Part shown: positions 20,322 to 30,271 of the stretch, in pieces
Layout of the letters: the number at the start of each line of letters is the position of its first letter
How positions within the stretch are numbered: position 1 is the stretch's first letter
Assembly: GCA_026390575.1 (NCBI GenBank)
Contig: JAPLFR010000015.1
Span: 107,101 to 171,100 of the forward strand
Length of the DNA stretch: 64,000 nt
Direction of reading: 5' to 3'
Origin: Ignavibacteriales bacterium
GTDB taxonomy: Bacteria; Bacteroidota; Ignavibacteria; UBA10030
Position numbers and translations under genes: made by a program
Notes under the pieces: generated by a model
What the model saw: only the letters and a program-made list of their open reading frames with translations
The model's database searches: none
Told to the model about the DNA's origin: nothing

Positions 20322-21479
20322 TCATCTGCGTTTATTCTGTGTTATCTGTGGAATCACACCAATACCAGGCCGATCCATTAATGTCACTTTTCCATTGATG
20401 ATTTTTGTGCCGTCAAAGATATCATTGTTGATGAGGAGTGCACCGTCTAGATCTGCCCAGTCCACCATCGGCGAGAGATGCGAAGCTGCAGAAATGGCGC
20501 AGGAAGTTTCTGTCATACATCCAAGCATTACTTTCATTCCCAGCGAACGGGCAAGTGTCAGCATTTTCTGAGCCTCGCGCATTCCTGTACTCTTCATGAG
20601 TTTGATATTAATGCCGTGGTACAGACCAACAGCATTCTTCACATCTGCAAGCCGTTGTACTCCTTCATCACCGATAATGGGGAGCGGCGATCGTTCAGTC
20701 AGCCACGCTAAATCATCAATGCGTTCTTTCGGTAGCGGCTGTTCCACCATGACCACACCGGTTTCTTTTAGCCAGTGAAGCATCTCGAGCGCTCTTTCCC
20801 TGTTTGTCCATCCTTGATTTACATCACCGGTGATCGGTTTATCCGTGACAGAACGAATGGCCTCGATCATTTCTTTGTCGGTATCGCGGCCAAGTTTTAC
20901 TTTTAATATTTTATATTCTTCCGCTTCTTTTGTTTTTTGCCGCACGACATCTGCTGTGTCGATACCAATAGTGAAAGATGTGAACGGTGTTTTATTCTTG
21001 TCATATCCCCAAATGTTATACCACGGCTGCCCCATGAGCTTCCCGACAAGATCGTGCAGTGCAATATCAACCGATGCCTTTGCTGCCGGATTGTGAAGAG
21101 CAAGCGAATCGATGTCATTGAGAATAGTTTCCAGATCGAAGGGATTTTCGTATCGACTGAGGTCAACTTTTGAGAGAAACGCCTGGACACTTTCATGCGA
21201 CTCACCAAGATAAGGCGGCATGGATGCTTCACCATAACCAACAACGCCATTGAATTCAATTTCTGTTAATACTACTGGCGTCGTCGTGCGAGAGTTGGTT
21301 GCAATAGTAAAGACGTGTTTTAATTCTAACGTATACGGACGATATGTCAAATTCATCTTTCCGGTGAGGAAATTGTCTGGAATACCTTCGGCAAGAGTTG
21401 TGTACGGGTTGTTCGTTATCATAGCGGCACCGGTTACCATGGCAGTGGATTTTAAAAAATCTCTTCTATTTTGATCCAT
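20322..21479 (-). CDS. Enolase-superfamily enzyme (dipeptide epimerase / mandelate racemase-muconate lactonizing family) with Tat signal peptide
   Basis: N-terminal RRDFLKSTAMVTGAAMI twin-arginine signal. MR/MLE-type barrel with KxK (ILKVKLG) and metal-ligand Asp/Glu positions. Confidence 0.7.
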   Translation of the reverse strand: MDQNRRDFLKSTAMVTGAAMITNNPYTTLAEGIPDNFLTGKMNLTYRPYTLELKHVFTIATNSRTTTPVVLTEIEFNGVVGYGEASMPPYLGESHESVQAFLSKVDLSRYENPFDLETILNDIDSLALHNPAAKASVDIALHDLVGKLMGQPWYNIWGYDKNKTPFTSFTIGIDTADVVRQKTKEAEEYKILKVKLGRDTDKEMIEAIRSVTDKPITGDVNQGWTNRERALEMLHWLKETGVVMVEQPLPKERIDDLAWLTERSPLPIIGDEGVQRLADVKNAVGLYHGINIKLMKSTGMREAQKMLTLARSLGMKVMLGCMTETSCAISAASHLSPMVDWADLDGALLINNDIFDGTKIINGKVTLMDRPGIGVIPQITQNKRR

Positions 21480-21840
21480 CGTATAAACTCCATCAGCTGT
21501 TCAATGAAGTCAAGCTATCGAATTGAAAGGATAAATTCAAATCTTCCATGTTGAACACTTTTTTTTAAAACCATCAATCTTGTGATGGAAGTTGCAAAGA
21601 TTGTCGATGTCCTCCCACTACCTCTCAGTGAAACATCTCAAGAGCTCTATGCTCAAGCGACTATATCCGCTTTTACAAAGGAAGAATACTCATTTATCTT
21701 AATGATCTTAGAAGTTCCAACCGGAGAAGAAGAAAAATAATTGGCTTTGTGGGGAAATTGTAAAATCGTTTTCGACCCTCGACTAAAAAATCCTAATTTT
21801 TGCTTGACTTTCAATGGTATTTCAGTAAATTTCATCTCCA

Positions 21841-21870
21841 GTGTGGGGAAAAGTGGGGAATTTGGGAAGC
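21841..21870 (+). promoter_or_regulatory. Three direct GTGGGG/TGGGAA repeats at about 10-bp spacing, about 45 bp upstream of mraZ: putative MraZ autoregulatory binding array
   Basis: GTGTGGGGAAAAGTGGGGAATTTGGGAAG seen directly. MraZ in E. coli and Bacillus binds GTGGG direct repeats upstream of mraZ. Confidence 0.5.
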
Positions 21871-21912
21871 CTCTTTTCCTGCTAAAAAATCTATATAAAT
21901 TATGAGGCATTT

Positions 21913-22362
21913 GTGTCGTCATTTAAAGGCAGATATTCCTATTCGGTAGATGAAAAAGGACGCGTGGCGCTTCCGGCAAAACTGCGAAGTAATCTTGCAA
22001 CAAGTGCAAAAGGAAATTTTGTCGTTACACGCGGTTTCGAACGTTGTCTCTATGTCTATCCGCAAGATGAATGGAATAGATTAGAACAATTTGTGCGAGG
22101 CCTTTCATTCTTGGATGCACAACATCGTTTCTATGCACGCACATTATTTGAGCGAGCAAATGATTCAAAAATCGACGGTCAATCACGCATAACCATCCCT
22201 CCAGATCTTATGGAATTTGCCGGAATAAAAAACGAGGTATTAATTCTTGGCGTACTGGATCGAATGGAGATCTGGAACCCTGCAGTGTATGAAGAGTATC
22301 AGAGAAATCAGCCAGACACATACGAGACTGTTGCCGAGCAAGTATTTAAGCCGCAGCAATAA
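21913..22362 (+). CDS. mraZ: Transcriptional regulator MraZ (GTG start)
   Basis: Two MraZ/SpoVT-AbrB-like halves (…DEKGRVALPAKLR… and …DGQSRITIPPDL…). First gene of the dcw cluster. Confidence 0.9.
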   Translation: MSSFKGRYSYSVDEKGRVALPAKLRSNLATSAKGNFVVTRGFERCLYVYPQDEWNRLEQFVRGLSFLDAQHRFYARTLFERANDSKIDGQSRITIPPDLMEFAGIKNEVLILGVLDRMEIWNPAVYEEYQRNQPDTYETVAEQVFKPQQ

Positions 22363-22376
22363 TTCATCGGCTTTCA

Positions 22377-23309
22377 TTGGAGGCACACACGTATCATACT
22401 CCCGTTCTGTTGCAGGAGGTTCTTTTCTACCTCCTTACCGCAAGGAACGGGTTTTATGTTGATGGAACACTCGGCGGCGGCGGTCATGCAGAAGCACTAC
22501 TCGAACAGCTGACGCCATCCGGAAAGTTGATGGGGATTGATCTTGATGATGATGCGTTGGAAGCAGCGAGCAAACGTCTGGCGCGCTTTGGAACAAGTGC
22601 GATTTTTGTAAAAGAAAATTTTAGGAATATTAAATCTGTTCTTTCTCACAATAGCGTGGGGGCAGTTCAAGGCATCTTGCTCGACCTCGGTGTTTCATCG
22701 TACCAAATTGATGAACCGACAAAAGGATTTAGTTTTCAAACGGACGAAATGCTCGACATGCGTATGGATCGTCACCAGCACGTGGATGCCCAACACGTCG
22801 TTAACCAGTACGACGAACAAGCACTCGTGGATATTCTATGGACGTATGGTGAAGAAAAACATTCACGTCGAATTGCGAAAGCGATTGTGCAACAGCGCAG
22901 CAAACAGTTGATCGAAACCACGGGCCAGCTTGCGGCTCTCATAGAGCGAACTATCGGCGGACAATTTCTCAATAAAACTTTGGCGCGGGTTTTTCAAGCA
23001 ATCCGCATTGAAGTGAACAATGAAATGGAAAATCTACGGCAGGCACTGTGTGATTGTATTGATGTGTTGAACCCCGGTGGGAGACTCGTTGTCGTCTCCT
23101 ATCACTCGCTGGAGGATCGCTTGGTCAAATATGCTTTTCGTGCAGCATCGGCACAGTCGATTCCTTCGGGAAATAAAATTATTCCAGATACGCCGCTCAA
23201 GCCGGTACTAAAGATGTTGACTCGAAAACCTGTCACGGCATCGGAAGAAGAATTGGAATGCAACCCTCGTTCGCGAAGCGCAAAACTCCGTGCCGCAGAG
23301 AAAGTATAA
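22377..23309 (+). CDS. rsmH: 16S rRNA (cytosine1402-N4)-methyltransferase RsmH (MraW)
   Basis: HTPVLL N-terminus, SAM-binding DGTLGGGGH, DLGVSS motif. Directly follows mraZ. Confidence 0.9.
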   Translation: MEAHTYHTPVLLQEVLFYLLTARNGFYVDGTLGGGGHAEALLEQLTPSGKLMGIDLDDDALEAASKRLARFGTSAIFVKENFRNIKSVLSHNSVGAVQGILLDLGVSSYQIDEPTKGFSFQTDEMLDMRMDRHQHVDAQHVVNQYDEQALVDILWTYGEEKHSRRIAKAIVQQRSKQLIETTGQLAALIERTIGGQFLNKTLARVFQAIRIEVNNEMENLRQALCDCIDVLNPGGRLVVVSYHSLEDRLVKYAFRAASAQSIPSGNKIIPDTPLKPVLKMLTRKPVTASEEELECNPRSRSAKLRAAEKV

Positions 23310-23371
23310 GAAAAGCACTGTTTGTGGGATATGAAAAACAAAATATTGGAGAAATTTTTGCAGCGAATGCA

Positions 23372-23851
23372 ATGGCAAGATATGGGCAACCGACTTCGCC
23401 AATTTCTATCCCGAAAATACGCGAAACACGGGATATGGTGTACAACGGACCTACAGATCCGTTAAACGACGAAACGGCACCATTCAACACATTACAGACA
23501 CCGCGCGGCAAGAAACAAAAGCAGCGAAGGATTTCTCCGTTTACCATTGTATTGCTTCTTCTTGGCGGTGCAGTGTCGAGTGTTTTGTACATAGGTAATA
23601 TTTTAGCTGTCGGACATCTGATGGTTCAGATTAATCAACTCCAAACAAAGCATCAGCAAATCTTGAATCAGCAGGAATTGCTTAAAGCACAGATCAACAG
23701 GTTGTCCGGGCTGGAGCGGATTCAACAGCTTGCACAGGATCAATTGGGATTGCGGAATCCCAGACAGCTTCCAGTGTGGATTGAGATTAGTCCCGAGCGA
23801 ATCAACGACGTAGAAGAAGTTTTCCAACAAAAAATGGAACGCAAGCGATGA
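23372..23851 (+). CDS. FtsL-like cell-division protein (single TM plus coiled coil); start uncertain
   Basis: One TM helix (FTIVLLLLGGAVSSVLYIG) followed by a Q-rich coiled coil. Lies between rsmH and ftsI, the conserved ftsL slot. Confidence 0.5.
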   Translation: MARYGQPTSPISIPKIRETRDMVYNGPTDPLNDETAPFNTLQTPRGKKQKQRRISPFTIVLLLLGGAVSSVLYIGNILAVGHLMVQINQLQTKHQQILNQQELLKAQINRLSGLERIQQLAQDQLGLRNPRQLPVWIEISPERINDVEEVFQQKMERKR

Positions 23852-26037
23852 CGGATCGGGAACCAGAGAATACAATTCCAGAAAAAGATACATCGTCTCT
23901 TTCTCATTCCAGGTTTTTCGTTTTAACGCTGTGCTTCCTTGCTTTCTTCGCTGTTATTGTAGTTCGATTAGTAACGATTCAAGTAATTGATTCGAGCAAG
24001 TATAAGACATTGGCGCGGAAGCAATATGAGCGTTCATTTATACTGCCGGCAACACGCGGAGATATTTTCGACCGGAATGGTAACGTTGTCGTCTCCAACA
24101 CGATGTTTATTTCATTTGCCGCTGACCCCAAGATTATTGGTGACAATCAGGAGCGTGTAGCAGAAACGTTTGCAAGTATTTTCGGAAAGCCGCGTTCGTT
24201 CTATCTGGATAAGTTACAGGAGACAGATCAGAATCAAAATAATAAGCGGTTTGTCTGGCTTGAACGCAGAGTAAAACCGGAGATTGCGCGTCGTATTGAA
24301 TCGGCCAAACTAGACGGTATCGTGATCATAAACGAACCGAAGCGGTTGTATCATTATGATGAACTTGCCGGCGCACTGCTTGGATTTACAGATGTTGACA
24401 ATAAGGGCATCTCGGGAATTGAATTACAATATGACAACGAGATGAAAGGTGTGAACGGTTCGGTTGTGATGCAGCGGGACGGTTTAGGGCGCGTGCGTCC
24501 TTCTGCAGATTATCCGCGTCGCGAACCGGTCAACGGAAAAGATCTGTCTCTCACAATTGATGTAACATATCAGGCAATTGTTGATGAAGAACTCAAGCAT
24601 GGCGTGGAGGCCAACAAAGCCGATGGCGGCTGTGCGCTGATCTTAAATCCAAAAACTGGTGAAGTGCTTGCGCTGTCCATGTATCCATGCATCAATCCGA
24701 ATGATGCCGGTACGTTCAACGTGGCTGCTGCACGAAACCGGATTGTGAGCGATGTGTTCGAGCCGGGTTCGGTGTTCAAAGTTGTGACGGCGACTGCAGC
24801 GTACGAAAATAATCTCGTGGCTCCGGAAATGCGCTTCAACGCCGAGCACGGGAAAATGAAAGTATCCCTCGGTGGAAACAAATTTCGTTTGATCAGCGAT
24901 TCGCATGAATTTGATATTCTCACATTTCAGGAAGCCATTGAAATGTCCAGCAACATTGTGCTGGCAAAAGTTGGTAAACTCGTGGGCGGCGAAAAGCTTT
25001 ATCGCCAGGCGCGTGATTTTGGATTTGGTATGACAACAGGGATCGATCTTCCCGGTGAAGTGCGCGGTGTGCTCAAGAAGCCAAGCGATCATGATTGGTC
25101 TGGTACAACACTTCAGACGATGTCGTACGGCTATGAAATTGGTGCAACGCCGCTTCAGATAGCATGTGCCTATGCTGCCGTGGCAAATAAAGGAATATTG
25201 ATGAAACCGTTCGTCATCGCCAAAGTTCAAGACGCAGACGGAAAAACGATGCTTGAACAAAAACCTCAAGCTATCCGGCGTGTGATGTCACAGCAGACTC
25301 AAAGCGAACTTATCTCGGCGTTTGAAGGAGTGGTCGAGCGCGGCACCGGAAAAGAAGCGCGTATTAATGGTGTACGTATTGCCGGTAAAACAGGTACATC
25401 CCGCAAATATGTTAATGGCAGATATGTGACAAATAATTATACCGCCTCCTTTGTCGGCTTTTTTCCTGTAGAAGATCCGCAAGTTGTATGTTTGGTGATG
25501 ATGGATAATCCGAAGACAAGAGGATATTACGGCGGCAGCACAAGCGGACCGGTTTTTCGTTCAATTGCCGAACGAGTGATTACGACATCATATAAGTTTT
25601 CACGTACCGCAATTGCGCAAGAACCTGCTCTCAACGGTACAGTCTCCGTCCCTGATGTTCGTATGCTGCAGCCATCGCTGGCAAAGAAGATGCTAACGAA
25701 TTACGGATTGAACTGTCAGACTTTTGGAACAGGCACGATGGTGATAAAGCAAACGCCTGAGCCGGGAAAGAAAATCGAAAAAGGCGAAACTGTCTCTCTC
25801 ATTCTCAACGGTGAATCACTTGTTTCATCTGATGGAATGATTACCGTGCCGGACGTGCGCGGCATGAGCATCCGTCGTGCAATGAACCGTCTTGTTTCAG
25901 ATGAATTTGAAATAAAGGTGCAAGGATCAGGTGTGGTGACACAGCAAATCCCATCAGCAGGTGAACGTGCTCGTTCGGGTTCAAGCATCCTGTTACTGTG
26001 CTCGCCGCGAAGTGTGTTGCAGGCAACACTGTTTTGA
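23848..26037 (+). CDS. ftsI: Penicillin-binding protein FtsI (PBP3) with C-terminal PASTA domains
   Basis: N-terminal TM segment. Transpeptidase motifs SVFK and KTGT. Two C-terminal PASTA-like repeats (…VPDVRG…). Confidence 0.9.
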   Translation: MTDREPENTIPEKDTSSLSHSRFFVLTLCFLAFFAVIVVRLVTIQVIDSSKYKTLARKQYERSFILPATRGDIFDRNGNVVVSNTMFISFAADPKIIGDNQERVAETFASIFGKPRSFYLDKLQETDQNQNNKRFVWLERRVKPEIARRIESAKLDGIVIINEPKRLYHYDELAGALLGFTDVDNKGISGIELQYDNEMKGVNGSVVMQRDGLGRVRPSADYPRREPVNGKDLSLTIDVTYQAIVDEELKHGVEANKADGGCALILNPKTGEVLALSMYPCINPNDAGTFNVAAARNRIVSDVFEPGSVFKVVTATAAYENNLVAPEMRFNAEHGKMKVSLGGNKFRLISDSHEFDILTFQEAIEMSSNIVLAKVGKLVGGEKLYRQARDFGFGMTTGIDLPGEVRGVLKKPSDHDWSGTTLQTMSYGYEIGATPLQIACAYAAVANKGILMKPFVIAKVQDADGKTMLEQKPQAIRRVMSQQTQSELISAFEGVVERGTGKEARINGVRIAGKTGTSRKYVNGRYVTNNYTASFVGFFPVEDPQVVCLVMMDNPKTRGYYGGSTSGPVFRSIAERVITTSYKFSRTAIAQEPALNGTVSVPDVRMLQPSLAKKMLTNYGLNCQTFGTGTMVIKQTPEPGKKIEKGETVSLILNGESLVSSDGMITVPDVRGMSIRRAMNRLVSDEFEIKVQGSGVVTQQIPSAGERARSGSSILLLCSPRSVLQATLF

Positions 26038-26122
26038 TCCTAAAGTTTTCTTGGCTGGAGGTACACTCCGAGTCCGTGAACAGTAGAAAATATTTTATCT
26101 AATGAAAGGTTTCTGATTTCTC

Positions 26123-27619
26123 ATGAGGCTTTCTCAACTTCTTGAAGGCGTCACTGTTTCCAAATTATTCCAGACGATGTACGGCCAAATGGTTGTTACA
26201 CACGAGGTGGAAATAGGTAAGGTACAGTACGACTCGAGAAAAATTCAGCGTGGTGACTGTTTCGTTGCGATCAAAGGTACGGCGAGTGACGGACAGACAT
26301 TTATTCAAAGCGCTATTAATCAAGGTGCAAAGGTTGTGGTGCTTCAAGATGATACAGTTCTTCCTGATCCGTTATGCATGCACGCAGGCGTCATTAAGGT
26401 CGTTGTTCCGAATGCTCGAAAAGCACTTGCTCTCATGTCAGCAAATTATTTTGGTCATCCGTCAAAAAAATTAAAATTTGTCGGTATCACAGGAACAAAT
26501 GGAAAAACCACAACATCACATCTCGTCAAAGCGATTATGGAGGCGGGCGGAGAAAAAGCTGGTTTGGTCGGAACCATCGAATACACGATCGGCGAGCAAA
26601 TTATTCCGGCAACGCATACGACACCTGAATCCTTGGAGTTGAACGAATTGTTCGCATCGATGGTAGAAAACAACTGCACTGCTGTTTCCATGGAAGTATC
26701 ATCACATGCGCTGGATCAATCCCGTGTGTATGGATTAGATTTCGATGTTGCCGTTTTCACCAACTTAACGCAAGATCATCTTGATTATCACGTCACGATG
26801 GAAAATTATTTCGAGGCGAAGAAAATCTTATTTACGCGTTTGAAGCCATCGCATTGTGCAGTTATCAATAATGATGATCCATGGGGAGTTCAACTGCTCG
26901 GCTTTATCAAAGCGAAGAAAATTTCGTATGGTTTCAACTTGACTGCAGATGTGTTCGCAAAGGAAGTCAAACTGAGTATAGACGGGACAACATTCGTTGT
27001 CAGCAATGGACAACAAGAATGCACGGTTTCAACATCGCTCATTGGCAAGTTTAACGTGTATAATGTTCTTGCGGCTTATGCGACAGGTGTAGGGCTTGGG
27101 CTTCCGCAAGAACAGATTCTTGTAGGTATCAAGAATTTAAAAAATGTACGAGGCAGATTTGAACGCATTGCTTCTCCTGGCGGATGGACGGCTATCGTTG
27201 ATTATGCGCATACCCCCGATGCACTTGAGAATTGTTTAAAAACTATCCACGATGTTTTGCCCTCAAAAAATCGTGGTCACATCATTACGGTATTTGGCGC
27301 GGGCGGTGACCGTGATAAAACGAAACGCCCGATCATGGGACGAATTGCAGGCGACTACAGTGATCTCGTCATTGTAACTTCGGACAATCCGCGGTCAGAA
27401 GTACCGGAGACAATCATCGATGACATTATGCGGGGTATAACCCGGCATGCAAGCGTCTTGCGTGAAGTGGATCGACAGACGGCAATTGAACGCGCAATCA
27501 AATGTGCAAAAAGTGGCGATGTTATCCTCATCGCAGGCAAAGGGCATGAGGATTATCAAATAATAGGTAAAGAGAAAAAACATTTTAGCGATCGCGAAAT
27601 TGTAGAAAGCCTTTTATGA
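26123..27619 (+). CDS. murE: UDP-N-acetylmuramoyl-L-alanyl-D-glutamate--2,6-diaminopimelate ligase
   Basis: Mur ligase P-loop GITGTNGKTTT, and MurE-type DNPR motif (TSDNPRSE). Confidence 0.9.
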   Translation: MRLSQLLEGVTVSKLFQTMYGQMVVTHEVEIGKVQYDSRKIQRGDCFVAIKGTASDGQTFIQSAINQGAKVVVLQDDTVLPDPLCMHAGVIKVVVPNARKALALMSANYFGHPSKKLKFVGITGTNGKTTTSHLVKAIMEAGGEKAGLVGTIEYTIGEQIIPATHTTPESLELNELFASMVENNCTAVSMEVSSHALDQSRVYGLDFDVAVFTNLTQDHLDYHVTMENYFEAKKILFTRLKPSHCAVINNDDPWGVQLLGFIKAKKISYGFNLTADVFAKEVKLSIDGTTFVVSNGQQECTVSTSLIGKFNVYNVLAAYATGVGLGLPQEQILVGIKNLKNVRGRFERIASPGGWTAIVDYAHTPDALENCLKTIHDVLPSKNRGHIITVFGAGGDRDKTKRPIMGRIAGDYSDLVIVTSDNPRSEVPETIIDDIMRGITRHASVLREVDRQTAIERAIKCAKSGDVILIAGKGHEDYQIIGKEKKHFSDREIVESLL

Positions 27620-27722
27620 TGACGCTGATGCTACAGAGCTGCCGCAGATTACTTATTCCGCAGATATCCAATCTCTGTCATCCGCCCTCTGCAATCCATC
27701 AGCGTAATCAGAGCAATCAATA

Positions 27723-29135
27723 ATGAAACTGACAAAATCTGACATATTAGCAATACCACACTTCAAAGCGATTGGTTTCGACGGACTGAAAAATTTTAAG
27801 GTTACTGGCATCGCTATAGATTCGCGAATACTGAAAACCGGCGAGTTGTTCTTGGCTGTTCGCGGCGATCAGTTCGATGGACACAACTTCATCTCTAAAG
27901 CAATGGAAGCAGGTGCAGCCGGTATCATTGTCGAGCGCCGCTGGGCAGATGTTAATGCCTCGATGATGGTCAGCATCAATATTCCACGCCTTATTGTCGA
28001 AAACACAATTCAAGCGCTAGGAAAACTTGCCAACATCTATCGCCACAAATTTGATATTCCAGTTATCGCTATAGGCGGATCAAACGGTAAAACTACAACA
28101 AAGGATATGATCCGGAGCGTACTTGAAACGAAATATCATGTGCTATGTACAGAAGGAAATCTGAACAATCATATCGGTGTGCCGCAAACACTCTTCCGTT
28201 TGGAAAAGAAGCACGAGGTTGCGATTGTTGAGATTGGCACGAATCATCCTGGTGAAATCGACTACCTGTGCTCTATTCTAGAACCAACGCATGGGTTGCT
28301 CACAAATATCGGCAGGGAACATTTGGAATTCTTTGACTCACTGGAAGGAGTTGCTAAAGCGGAAGGCGAATTGTTCGTTTGGATAGCAAAGCATCATGGC
28401 ATCGTTCTTGTTAATGCAGACGACAAACATCTTGTTCGTTTATCTAAGAAGAATAAAAGAATAGTGAGTTTTGGGCTCTCTACGCGTGGAGTCTCTATCA
28501 AAGGGACGATTGAATCGTTTAACGCACATGCACAAGCATTGCTGCATATAAAACCGAGAGGCAAGAAGGCATTTGAAGTCACCGTAGGAGTTTCCGGAGA
28601 ACATAATGCAAAGAATGCCCTTGCCGCTGCCGCTGTAGGAATAAAGTTGAATGTGCCGCTTGCGAATATTCAGAAATCACTCGCTTCATTCCAATCCTCC
28701 AGTAAGCGAATGCAATTACAGCGCATAGCACAAATAACAATTCTCAACGACACATACAATGCAAACCCGGATTCCACACTTGCAGCATTAGCAACCTTGC
28801 AGGCAATGAAAGCGACGGGTAAGAAAATTGCGGTTCTCGCCGACATGCTGGAACTTGGCGGGCAGGCAGAAGAGCTTCATCAGCACATTGGAAAGAATAC
28901 AACGCGATACGGTATTGACATTCTTCTCACCTTCGGTTCACTTTCAAAATTTATTCACGACGCTGCTTTAGTGGGAACGAAAGCACATTTTGAAAATAAA
29001 TCTACGCTCATAGAATACTTACTGCACACGCTCGCCGATGGTGATGTTGTGCTCGTCAAAGGATCACGCGGAATGAAAATGGAAGAAGTTGTTATGAATC
29101 TCAGTGAACAGCTTTCACCAAAGACAGGGATCTAA
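27723..29135 (+). CDS. murF: UDP-N-acetylmuramoyl-tripeptide--D-alanyl-D-alanine ligase
   Basis: Mur ligase P-loop GGSNGKTTTK. Position in the dcw cluster. Confidence 0.9.
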   Translation: MKLTKSDILAIPHFKAIGFDGLKNFKVTGIAIDSRILKTGELFLAVRGDQFDGHNFISKAMEAGAAGIIVERRWADVNASMMVSINIPRLIVENTIQALGKLANIYRHKFDIPVIAIGGSNGKTTTKDMIRSVLETKYHVLCTEGNLNNHIGVPQTLFRLEKKHEVAIVEIGTNHPGEIDYLCSILEPTHGLLTNIGREHLEFFDSLEGVAKAEGELFVWIAKHHGIVLVNADDKHLVRLSKKNKRIVSFGLSTRGVSIKGTIESFNAHAQALLHIKPRGKKAFEVTVGVSGEHNAKNALAAAAVGIKLNVPLANIQKSLASFQSSSKRMQLQRIAQITILNDTYNANPDSTLAALATLQAMKATGKKIAVLADMLELGGQAEELHQHIGKNTTRYGIDILLTFGSLSKFIHDAALVGTKAHFENKSTLIEYLLHTLADGDVVLVKGSRGMKMEEVVMNLSEQLSPKTGI

Positions 29136-29138
29136 CAC

Positions 29139-30263
29139 ATGCTGTTCTATCTTTTTACGTATCTGCACAAGACGTTCAACGTTCCCGGCCTTGGAATATT
29201 CCGTTACATTACATTCCGCGCTGGTGCTGCTGCAATCACGGCGCTCATTATTTCATTCTGGCTCGGACCAATAATTATTCGCAAACTTCGTGACTATCAA
29301 ATCGGCGAGTCGGCAAAACTTGAAGCGCCCAAGTCGCATTTGGCAAAAGCCGGCACACCGACAATGGGCGGATTGATTGTACTCTTATCAGTGATCATTC
29401 CTGCGCTTCTCTGGACAGATTTGAAAAATGGGTACATCTTGCTCATTCTGTTTGTTACAGTTATGCTTGGTGCTGTCGGTTTTTTAGATGACTTCCTCAA
29501 AGTTGTCCGAAAGAAACCCAAAGGACTCATCGGTAAGTATAAAATTGCAGGACAAGTCTTCGTCGGCTTAGTCGTTGGCGGTGTTATATATTTCTTTCCA
29601 CAATGGATTGATCAAACACTTGTGCCATTCAAATCGAGCACGACAGTGCCGTTCATGAAAAACCTAGAGTGGAATTTAGGAGTGTTCTACATCCCGGTTG
29701 TCATCTTTATCATTACAGCAACATCGAATGCAGTGAATCTCACAGACGGCCTCGACGGCCTCGCTATAGGCACGGTTGGGATAGTCTGCGGGACGCTCGC
29801 TATTATTACCTATGTTTCAGGACATGCCGTTTGGAGTCAGTACCTGACAATTCCTTTTCTGCGTGGCAACGGCGAGCTTGCGATTTACTGTGCTGCAATC
29901 AGCGGGGCGGCGCTTGGATTTCTTTGGTTCAATTCACATCCTGCGCAGGTATTTATGGGTGATACCGGCTCGCTAGCGCTCGGCGGCATTATCGGCGCGA
30001 TGTGTGTTCTGATAAAAAAAGAATTACTCCTGCCGACACTTGGCGGCATTTTTTTAATGGAAACTGTCTCGGTTATTATACAGCGAATGTATTTCAAGTA
30101 TACCAAGAAACGGTACGGCGAGGGCAGGCGAGTGTTTAAAATGGCTCCGATTCACCATCATTTTGAAATGCTTGGTTGGCCGGAACCAAAGATCGTTACA
30201 AGATTTTATATCATCGCCATTCTGTTAATGATTTTAAGTCTGGCAACATTTAAGGTGCGGTAA
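29139..30263 (+). CDS. mraY: Phospho-N-acetylmuramoyl-pentapeptide-transferase
   Basis: 10-TM protein with NAVNLTDGLDGLA and HHHFE motifs. Confidence 0.95.
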   Translation: MLFYLFTYLHKTFNVPGLGIFRYITFRAGAAAITALIISFWLGPIIIRKLRDYQIGESAKLEAPKSHLAKAGTPTMGGLIVLLSVIIPALLWTDLKNGYILLILFVTVMLGAVGFLDDFLKVVRKKPKGLIGKYKIAGQVFVGLVVGGVIYFFPQWIDQTLVPFKSSTTVPFMKNLEWNLGVFYIPVVIFIITATSNAVNLTDGLDGLAIGTVGIVCGTLAIITYVSGHAVWSQYLTIPFLRGNGELAIYCAAISGAALGFLWFNSHPAQVFMGDTGSLALGGIIGAMCVLIKKELLLPTLGGIFLMETVSVIIQRMYFKYTKKRYGEGRRVFKMAPIHHHFEMLGWPEPKIVTRFYIIAILLMILSLATFKVR

Positions 30264-30271
30264 TTTTCGTC

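Noticed and set aside
24643-25269. 208-aa minus-strand ORF
   Set aside because: Antisense inside ftsI, which has the transpeptidase motifs. It is a shadow ORF.
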